Shown here piece after piece: positions 24,610-34,644 of a stretch of DNA of 64,000 nucleotides. The stretch lies in contig NIVC01000920.1 of the NCBI GenBank assembly GCA_002269645.1, forward strand, positions 345,685 to 409,684, read 5' to 3'. A program made the position numbers and the translations under genes. Source of the DNA: Macrostomum lignano (lineage: Eukaryota). The first letter of the stretch is position 1. Each line of letters opens with the position of its first letter. A model generated the notes under the pieces. The model searched no databases, was not told where the DNA came from, and saw only the letters and a list, made by a program, of their open reading frames with translations.

Positions 24610-25890
24610 GGAAGTGCCTTGGCGGAGGGGTTGGGCGCCCACCCAACCAAAAAGAGACAGAGCGTGCACACGCGGCAGGGGCACACAGAAAGAGCTTGCT
24701 TGCATGGACACTACTACAAGTAAAGCCGGTTTGCTTAAGTGCCTTGACTTTTGACTCAGCTGCAGGGGCTTGCATCCGGATGCTGCGAGGAGGCGTTGCC
24801 GACCATTTCACTAACCCCTGGCGACCACGGGCAGCCGCGGTGCTGCGGTGTCGCGCAGGGAGATCCACGGAGGCAATTGGACTGACTCCCCAGACTGCTG
24901 CGACCTGCCCTACCTCTTTTTCGCAATCGTGTGCGCGCTAGCGCCCCCCGACCCTAGCGTCGTTGTAATGTATGTAATGTAATGTAGATCCACGGTGGTG
25001 CCGGTGCCTGCAGCGCGGTCCCCCTCAAAGTCCAGGAGGTGGATTGTCGCTCGCCCGGTAGCCCTTAGGTAGGCAGAGGTTCTCGAGCCTGAAAACATCG
25101 GAGAGGTCCGGGTGTGGGCCGAGGTAGATGAGCCTGTCCTGAGTAAAGGCGGGGTATCCACAGACACCGGAGATGCAGAAATTCTCGCTACGGATTTTTC
25201 CAAGTTTTTTAAACGTCTTCAAAAGCCATGACCGAGAAGTTCACGTTGATGTCTGCTGTTTATCCAGCATGAGCAAAACGTACAAAGTTGGCTGGGGCGC
25301 CCACTCAAACCCAGCCCTGCCGGCGGTGGGGTTGGGGCCACTCAACCAGAAAAGAACTCGTGCACAGCGGCGGGGACTTGACGGGGGGCCGAGTGCCGGT
25401 CACTTGCACTTAAGTGCCTAAGCGGTTACTGCCTGCTTACTGACTCAGCTGGGGGGCTCCGATCCGGATTGCGAGGAGGCGTTGCCGACCATTTCACTAA
25501 CCCCTGGCGACCAGGGCAGGCGGTGCTGCGGTGTGCGCGCAGGGGAGATCCACGGAGGCAATTGGACTGACTCCCCAGACTGCTGCGACCTGCCCTGCCC
25601 CTCTTTTTCGCAATCGTGTGCGCGCTAGCGCCCCCCGACCCTAGCGTCGTTGTAATGTATGTAATGTAATGTAGATCCACGGTGGTGCCGGTGCCTGCAG
25701 CGCGGTCCCCCTCTGGAGAGTCCAGGAGGTGGATTGTCGCTCGCCCGGTAGCCCTTAGGTAGGCAGAGGTTCTCGAGCCTGAAAACATCGGAGAGGTCCG
25801 GGTGTGGGCCGAGGTAGATGAGCCTGTCCTGAGTAAAGGCGGGGTATCCACAGACACCGGAGATGCAGAGAGGGCATTCCTCGCTACGGA
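24610..25890 (-). mobile_element. Tandemly duplicated ~580-bp unit containing a 3' fragment of an I/R1-group-like LINE with (ACATT)n tail
   Basis: Two similar copies (~24610-25195 and ~25310-25890). The minus strand encodes YPAFTQDRLIYLGPHPDLSDVFRLENL / AYLRATGRA, resembling the C-terminal end of non-LTR ORF2 proteins, followed by acattacattacatacattaca. Confidence 0.5.
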
Positions 25891-26168
25891 TGGCAGTGTA
25901 ATCCTGTCTAACAATGGCAGTGTAATCCACCAGAGGCGGCGGGCAGCGCGAATACACCGAGCAATGAGATGCGGCTCACCCCCTTATATCAAACTACTAT
26001 ACTTCTACCAGGTGTCAACTTTAAGCTCCTGGCATCCCAGATCCCCACTTTAAGCTCCAGGAATCCCAGATATCCCCAATTTAAGCTCCTGACATCCCAG
26101 ATATCTCTACTTGAAGCCCCTGGCATCCCAGACCCCTAGCAACAAGTAAACCCTCCCTCACTCCCCAG

Positions 26169-26446
26169 GCATCGCGCTCCCCCTGCTGGCCAGCAAGGAG
26201 CAGCACGACCTGTTCCAGCACCTGGAGCTGCACCTGCGCTCCCAGCACCTGTCCCTGCTTGGCCGGGACCACATGCAGTTCCGGTCGATGTACTTTCCCA
26301 ATCGGCGAGTGATCGACGGCGACCTGTGCGAGATTTTCAACAACCTGGAGCCGACCAGGCAGAAGGAGATCGCCCAGGAGCTGGACCGGACACCCAGCGA
26401 GCTGTCCAAGAAGCTGGAGGACATCAGGACTCGGTTCGCTTTCTGA
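26169..26446 (+). pseudogene. SF3B3: Duplicate of SF3B3 terminal exon, part of a ~26015-26885 segmental copy of 20290-21910
   Basis: Same exon with 6 substitutions (4 non-synonymous), loss of gtgg after the acceptor and a ctg insertion. The preceding minisatellite, 3' UTR, AATAAA and downstream flank are also copied. Confidence 0.9.
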
Positions 26447-26947
26447 GTCATTGTGACAAACTGCGGACTTATGTCCGAGTTAATTGTGCTGTTTTTCCTA
26501 ATAACTTTTCCTATTGTTTGTGTTGTCTGCTGAATTCTTATTAATAAGTATAATGTTTAGTAATCATTATGTACAGTGCAGTCCGGTGGAAATAAACCTG
26601 CAGTAATGCTAGCGCTCGCATTCAAACTGCCAGGCGGTTTTTTAAATTCAGTTGCTAGGAATGAGCAGTTAATTGATATTAAGTGCTGGTGCTGAGTATG
26701 TTGTGGCTTATTTATTTTTTCTCATCAGTTCAAGTTTGGGCAACCAGCTGCCTTAGCGATGTGCAGCAATTATGTGCAGGCAAAAAAGAAGCAGAAATAA
26801 CACGACTTTGATTTTTCCTGAGATGTTGCAATCTCTCTGGCATCAACTTTCTTTTATGCCATCACCATGAGAACACACGAATCAAGTTTAATTTTTCCAA
26901 TAGATTGACACTTGATTAATTTTCTTACAATAATAATTAATTTTTTT

Positions 26948-29455
26948 TCATACAGTATTATTAATATTAATAATATTACTCATTATACTATTGTATATTA
27001 TTGTCAATATTATTGGTACTTGTAACATTTTTATTATTATTAGCATTATTAATTTTTCAGCATAAGCTACTCGGGGGTAACACTTTTTTATTATTCCATT
27101 AAATTCATGATCAATTCCATATCCATCAATATAATTCAGCCTTTTTTGGATTTTTTGAGCTAAGCCAGCAATACTCGTATTGTTATTGAATAATCGGTAA
27201 CCGTAAAAACAGAGTACATACCGCACGGCCATCAGCAACCGGCTGCCGTCCTTCTCCTGCCATCGGCTGACGTAGCCGCTCTGGCTGCTGTAGATCACCG
27301 AGCAGTTGAGCCGCAGCTCCAGTGGCAGTGAGGCTCCGTCTCCAGCTTCACCGTCTCCATCGTCTCCAGAGTCGAGCGCTGGGTCCTCTTGCTTCACGAA
27401 ATGCTCTTTGGTGCCTCGACAAGCATGGTAAAATGTCAGAACCTCGTGCTGCCCTTGACAGTTGGTTCCAAAGCTCTTGATTCTTGCTTCGATCGGTCCC
27501 ATCCCCAGACTACCAGCCTCCATCACATTCCCAGATCCCGCAATATACTCACGCAATTTGACATCAAAGATCTGACATCCTCCTCATCACATCCCAGATC
27601 CCTACTCCCAATCCCTACTCCATCAAAGATACCCACTTCTCACATCCCAGATCCCCGCTCCTCACATCCCAGATACATCCCAGATACCCACTCCTCACAT
27701 CCCAGATCCCTACTCCAAACATCAAAGATACATCAAAGATACCCGCCCACTCCTCACATCCCAGATCCCTACTCCTAACATCAAAGATACCCGCTCCTCA
27801 CATCCCAGATCCCTACTCCTAACATCAAAGATACCCACTCCTCACATCCCAGATCCCTACTCCTAACATCAAAGATACCCACTTCTCACATCCCAGATCC
27901 CCGCTCCTCACATCCCAGATACCCACTCCTCACATCCCAGATCCCTACTCCAAACATCAAAGATACCCGCTCCTCACATCCCAGATCCCTACTCCTAACA
28001 TCAAAGATACCCACTTCTCACATCCCAGATCCCCGCTCCTTGTATCCCAGATACCCACTCCTCACATCCCAGATCCCTACTCCTAACATCAAAGATACCC
28101 GCTCCTCACATCCCAGATCCCTACTCCTAACATCAAAGATACCCACTCCTCACATCCCAGATCCCTACTCCTAACATCAAAGATACCCGCTCCTCACATC
28201 CCAGATCCCTACTCCTAACATCAAAGATACCCACTCCTCACATCCCAGATCCCCACTCCTTACATCCCAGATCCCCACTCCTCACATCCCAGATCCCCGC
28301 TCCTCACATCCCAGATCCCCGCTCCTCACATCCCCACTTTTAGCTTGCGATTGTAGATCGTACTGTTCATTGTTATATTCCTAAGGCATTGAGACATTCA
28401 CAAGTGCCACTTACTTTGACCTGCTTCCAGAGCATTTAGCGACTGATGATTATCCTTGACTTGTGACACTCCTTTGCGCTTATTGCCGATTAGAAATCCG
28501 CTGTGGAATTTAGAATTCAAATGGCATTCAATCTCTTTTTTGCACAGTATTAAAAGTTTTACCATCAAAACTACGTGCTACATGTATCAGATATCAAAGG
28601 AGATTCGCCGGAAGGCAGCAACGCAGGCACACGGAAGGGGCGACTTAAATGATTTTTGTTTGAGAAGGCGCACAACAAAAAGTTGGCCTGTGTTCTTGAA
28701 TTTCGTGTGCCTGCGTTGCTTCGCTCCAGCAATGCAAAAAAATGTCAGATGGATTCCACCTTTGATAATTTTGCTGCTAATTAACTCTGCTGACAGAATT
28801 CTCCCAGCAAAAAAGTTTTGGCAAGACCTTAGAGTCAGCCTCACGCTTTAAGTTGAACATGTTCCTAACGCATGAACAATAATAAGCTTCGTCGCTGGCG
28901 TTTGGGGCATTGTGCACGAAGGTATGACGAATGCGCTTCCATTTTTAGAACTGACGCTTGCACCCAAATGAGACCTACTCTGATTACAAAAACTTTCTGC
29001 ATAGTCTTCTCAGTCTCCTCTAACAAACTGCATTCCCTGCTCACGAGGGGAACATGAAGTTGAATGGCCCAAGAGATTTTCTAAAAGGTTTGGTCTTCCA
29101 AATTTTACTATTTCAATTGGGCCTTAAAAAAGAATGAAGTACACTTTCGAGGGTAGGCTACAAGAAAGTCTTGAAAATTCCCATGTTTCCTACTATACTC
29201 ATGCAGCTTAAGCAACAAATGATTTTCCCCCATCAGAAGTACTCACGCTGTATTCGTTTTTTTCTGTTGCTCATTGTGCTTAGTAGCTTCAAACTCGGCT
29301 CGAAGCTCTTCAAGCGATCGAAGCCGCCCGACATCCACCAATTCCTGGGGCCGCTCCGACGCCACTTTGTGACGCCGAAGCGGCCCCTGAAAGTTTGAAT
29401 CGTTATTGGAGTTAAGCCTTATAGGAGTTTGTTCGGTTTGCTCAGATTTGCTCAT
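26948..29455 (-). pseudogene. Caspase-like gene C, degenerate/interrupted
   Basis: The 3' ORF has TFYHACRG and SVIYSSQSGYVSRWQEKDGSRLLMAV (p10-like). Upstream pieces LVDVGRLRSLEELRAEFE (29455-29248, ending at a gtgagt donor), KLIIVHA, FFAGRILSAELI, GIHLTFFC and GFLIGN match the N-terminal domains of paralogues A and B. No SAHG segment was found and I could not build a continuous frame. Confidence 0.68.
27530..28340. repeat. Minisatellite (ctcctcacatcccagatcc / ctaacatcaaagatacc) inside caspase-like gene C
   Basis: Tandem ~19-40-bp units related to the SF3B3 intron-10 family (catcccagatcc core). Confidence 0.92.
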
Positions 29456-29526
29456 AAAAAAGGGTAAAGTAGAATGAACGCCAGTCAGGCTTATTTAAAT
29501 TGTATGTAGGGTGAGCGCTCAAGCAG

Positions 29527-32500
29527 TGTGCATTACGGGGTTGGCCTCTTTCCATTTCTCTGTCATTCTATATCGGCGTACATTCAACTCTCTAACCATG
29601 CACGCGCCAACCCCCATTGAAATACACGCATCGGCATTGACTCGTGATTAGGACTTTGCTATCGGTATCGATCCAAACAAATTCACACGACTTATCAGAG
29701 TTCCTACAGTGGCGTCGCAAACACACAAACCTACGCGAGGGCAATGGCCACTAGCTACGTTTCTCTGCCCCCACCAGAGCCGTTCTCAATTATCAGCGAC
29801 CCTCACAATGCTGGCAAACGCTGGAGCGAGTGGTCAGCACGCTTTCAAGATTGCATTGACGCTTCTGCCCCCGCCAGCTGAAGGGAATCAGACCACACTC
29901 GACAACACGCTAAATGCTTTAAAGGATTTCTTTAGAGAGAAAGAACATCGTCTTCGCTCGATACCAATTTAGGAACTGCATCCAGCAACAAGGAGAGAAA
30001 ATCGAAGCTTGGTATTCACGAATGCGTGCTTCAGCCGAGGCTTGTGAGTTCGAAAATCTGAAGGACTCCCTTATCAGAGACCAGCTTGTAGCGACCTGTA
30101 CATCAGACAAGTTGCGACGGCGGCTACTCCAAGAGACCAACATTTCCTTGGACGAAGCCCTGCGAAAAGCGAGAGCGTTTGAAGCAGCGGAGGAGCAGGC
30201 ATCGGAGATGGAGTAGACAGATTCGCAGGTGGCAAGCGTTACAAGATCCAACAAGCCCCGGATGAACGGACGCGAAGCATCCAGCACCGCCAGCAGCAGC
30301 AGCAGCAGCAGCAGGCAGTCTCAACAGCAGACATGCTACCGCTGCGGAGAAAAAGGTCACTCTACATGCGACTTGGCGAGAGGAAAAATCTGCCTCAACT
30401 GCGGAAAAACCAATCACCTAGCCAAAGCATGCCGCAAAGCACGCTCGAGTAACAACACGATTCGATCGCAAGTCAGCGCTAACCTAGTGAGCACCTCACC
30501 GGAGCCAAACCTCGACACTAGCATTGGCGAAGACGTTTTTCGGCCTGTGCAAATACAGCAGCTTCCCAGCAGACGTCTCGTTAACTGTCGAAATCGGAGA
30601 CTGTAAGCTACCGATGATGCTGGACAGCGGAGCCAGCTGCAGTATCATGAGCATCAAAACATTCCGACAGCTGGCCGATCAGCGAATTCGAACCACCAAG
30701 GTAAAAGTTCATGCATATGGAACGCCCGAACCTCTCAAAATCATCGGTACTGCGAGCTTAGGCATCAAAATAGGTACCGCTAGCGCAACTGTGCCCTTTC
30801 ACGTTCTCGACGGCGACGGTCTAACGATACTCGGACGCCAAGCTGCCTTTGAGCTAGGAATCCTGCTTATCCAGCGGCCAATTCTCAGCCAGACAGAAGA
30901 TGTCAACTCCAACGTCAAAGCAGCCGAGGGGTATAAAAGCCAGAACATTCAGGACATCTTGCATCAGCACAAAAAAGTATTTGATGGAATCAGATGCATC
31001 AAAGGCGTGCAGGTCGAAGTTCAGCTGTCGGACAACGCGGCCCCGGTGTGTCATCCGCTAGCCCGAGTTGCGGCGCATCTCCGAGAATCTGTCGTCAAGG
31101 AGCTGAAAGACCTAGAAAGGCAAGATATCATCGAGCCAGTAAAAGGACCCTGCGCGTGGGTGGCCCGCATGGTAGTATTGTAGTTCCAAAGGACGATGGC
31201 GGAGTCCGAATCTGCCAGGACCTGCGCAACCTAAACGCCCATGTCATCCCTGAAAAACAACAAATACCGACATTGGACGAGGTCACCGAGGAGATGTCCG
31301 GAGCCAAGCTGTTCAGCGAGCTAGATATTCGTAAAGCCTTTTACCAGATCCCAGTGCACGAGAACAGCCGACACCTTTTCACATTTAGCATTTAGCCGCT
31401 CGGACTAATGCGTCTCAAAAGACTGAGCATAAGTTTTACGAATGCATCCGAAATCCTACAAAGAGTCATGCTCGGCGTGCTCAGCGGAATCGATGCTGTT
31501 CGATGGTCCACGACGATGTCATCGTATACGCTTCGGACCTGCAAGAGCACTGCAAAAGACTCGAAGCCTGTCTGCAGCGTCTCGAAGAATTCGGCATTAC
31601 GCTAAATAAAGAAAAGTGCAAAATCGCCGTCCCCGCTGTCGAGTTCCTAGGAATGCACCTATCTGCAAAAGGAGTGCAGCCTGCTAATGAGAAGACCGAA
31701 GCTATGAAGCACTTCAGACAGCCGACCAGCGTATCCGAAGTTCGCTCGTTCCTAGGCACAGCAAACTTTCTGGCGAAATTCATACCTAACTTCGCTGATG
31801 TCTCCGCACCGCCGCGCAAATTAACAAAGAAAGGGGAGACATTCGAGTGGACTGCCAGCCACTCAAAAGCCTTCGAAGAGATCAAATCGATCATCTGTAA
31901 GGAAGAAACTCTTGCCTTTTTCGACCGCAAACACCAAACAGAGCTTATAGTTGACGCATCGCCAATCGGACTTGGTGCGATTCTGACACAAAAGCAGCCG
32001 GACGGAATCTGTAGACCAGTGGCTTACGCCAGCAGAGCGCTGTCACAAGTTGAGCAGCGGTACGCCCAGATTGAGCGGGAGGCGCTGGCTATCAAATTTG
32101 GCTGCTTAAAGTTCGAAAACTACCTGGCTGGTGGTCCAAGTTTTACAGTGGTGACCGACCACCGACCGGTCCTGCCACTCTTCAGACCGGGATCCCGCCC
32201 GCCACCACGGATTGAACGCATGGTTCTTCGGATTCAACACCTCCGCTTCAACTTGGTGTACAGACCGGGGCCGTCCAACCCAGCTGATCTACTAAGCCGC
32301 CAATCGCTTCCAGAGCTCAGGAAAAACTGGGGAGAGGTCTTCGACACCGCATACGTCAACGCTGTATCAACAGGAGCCGTGCCAAAAGGTTTCAGTGCGG
32401 AACAAATTCGAGACGCAGCAAAGACAGACGCAGGAATTCAAGCCGCGCTGTGCGCCATCAAGACAGGAAACTGGAACACACACGACTCGGTACAACGCGC

Positions 32501-33452
32501 ACTAAAAGCCATCAGCAGCGAACTGACAGAAGACAATGGAATGCTACTTCGAGGAGACCTCATTGTCGTCCCAGAGTCACTACGGAGACCAATTTTGCAA
32601 CTGGCCCACACCGGACATCTTGGTGCCAATCGAACACTCAAGCGTCTGCAGACCAAAGTCTGGTGGCCAGGGATGCGCAGCGATTGTGATGTCTTCGTGA
32701 AATGCTGCATTCCTTGTCAAGCGTCGGACACTCGTACAAATCAGACACCTTTGAGACCGACAAAGTTACCCGAGGGTCCCTGGCAGCAACTTGGAATGGA
32801 CTTCTTCGGACCTGTCCAAGGCCAAATGCTTCTAGTTACTACGGACCTGTATTCTAAATACCCGGAGATCAACATTTTGAGCTTGACAACAGCAGAGAGT
32901 GTAAAACCGCATCTGAGGAGATCAACCTGCCTCTGCCGGCCAACCTGCCTCTGCCGGCCAGCCTGTCTCTGCCGGCCAGCCCGCCGGCCAGAGGGACTTC
33001 CTTGCCTTCAGGAGGCGTCCGCGTGAGGCTACAGAGGGGCCGAAAATTTATAAATGACAAGCGCTGTTTGAATCTCAAACTGAACTGACAACAACAATAT
33101 TATTTTTATTCCCGTCAACTGATTTACTGACAATAACAATATTTTATATTTCCGTCAGCTGTTATTTTTATTCCTCATCATTTTTTCCTTAGGGGGGAAG
33201 AATCGTAGGCTTGCGCCTTAGCAGTTCTCAATGTTTACTAGCTATTGAGTATTTGTGTGCATTACGGGGTTGGCCTCTTTCTATCTCTCTCTGTCATTCT
33301 ATATCGGCGTAAATTCAGCTCTCTAACCACATGCACGCGCCAACCCCCCATTGACTAATATTTAAATACACGCATCGGCATTGACTCGTGATTAGGACTT
33401 TGCTATCGGTATCGATCCAAACTAACTCACACGGCTTGTCAGAGTTCCTATA
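29527..33452 (+). mobile_element. Ty3/gypsy LTR retrotransposon (two-CCHC-knuckle, Mag-like), decayed
   Basis: LTRs at 29527-29708 (ends CA) and 33256-33452; PBS-like tggcgtcgc at 29710; PPT aggggggaagaa at 33191. Gag from ATG 29744 (LPPPEPF..WSEWSARF; CYRCGEKGH..C, CLNCGKTNHLAKAC), protease LDSGAS, RT (FYQIPV, HDDVIVY), RNase H (VDASPIGLGAIL), integrase zinc finger (AHTGH..CIPC) and the start of the core (GMDFFGP), truncated at ~32910. Multiple stops and frameshifts. Confidence 0.93.
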
Positions 33453-33456
33453 GTAT

Positions 33457-33570
33457 GTAGGGTGAGCGCTCAAGCAGTTTCTCTCTGTGCCGTTGTCGGT
33501 GTGTTGTTGTGATACCGATGTCGTTGCCTAACAACAGTACAGAGAAAAACTGCTTGAGCGATAACCCTAC
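33457..33570. repeat. 114-bp fold-back element with 32-bp inverted arms
   Basis: gtagggtgagcgctcaagcagtttctctctgt versus the reverse complement of acagagaaaaactgcttgagcgataaccctac (29/32 match). Confidence 0.8.
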
Positions 33571-34644
33571 CCAGCGGAAACTATTCGATGCTCTGCATTT
33601 TTGTAAGCACTGGAATTTTACTTACATCGAAGCGAAAAAAGCTTGTACATAGTTGCATGAAACATGAGCAGTCTGACAATTCAAAAAATTCACATTTAAT
33701 ACGCTCGTAGGTAATGCTTTCAGCGGTTTAGAGACTCGCCTTGCAAGAACCCTCTACAGAAAGTCCTCTGTCCCAGCATGGTCAGTGCGATCGTGTCGCC
33801 TTCAATTGCCTGTGACCTCGAGATTACCAGCTAAATACACTTAATTGTTTATGGCATGGCTTGATGATAAGCCTTAATCTCGATCCGGATTAGCTGATTT
33901 CTGCCTTTTCAAATTCTCCCTGCTTGACTCTCGCTGTCTTCTCGATCTTAGCTACATGTATGGGAGCCAGCTCTAAGCTACCTTGAGGCTGGTCAATATC
34001 TGACAGCTGAGTGCGGGCCGAGACCAGAGCGCTAATAACTGAAGTGGCTGTCTATCTATGAAGAGAGTATCGCACACGGGTGTTAGTAGTCTTTTTTAGT
34101 TTTTTTAACTATACAGTTCATACAATAATTATGAGAATTTCATCTTATACTACTGATAGAAATATTTATTCAAAGCATCCAAGTAAGAAATTTAAGAAGT
34201 AGCCAAAATAAAAATTACATAAAATAAAAAAATTAGGCAAAGCGTCATTATGCCAAATTTAGCAACAAAAGTTTACCGGTACTTCAGCCCAGACTATCAA
34301 AAGCAGTGTACACCAGTTTAAAAATAACTGTGAAAAAATACTAGTATGATACTCACAAAAAAGAAAGAGGAGACTGGGTTAGCGAATTGCTATTTTTATT
34401 ACACGGAAGCATATTTGATAAATTTATATAATAAGCAAACATATAAACGCTTATTAAACTGAATAAAAACAGATTAGATTAGCTGAATAATTCACATGAC
34501 GCGGTAAAAAATTTACAATAGTACAATGTGAATAAAAACATTTTTTTAAATTGCAATGCAAAAATATAATACAAATTTGTGTACGAGTATAGGAGAAAAA
34601 ATTGGCAGCTCTGTTCAAATAAAATGCTCATTAAAGCCACCCAA

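Noticed and set aside
24760-24830. HDV-like ribozyme (gcctcctcgc on the minus strand)
   Set aside because: I could not build the P1/P2/P3/P1.1/P4 nested pseudoknot in the required order in either copy.
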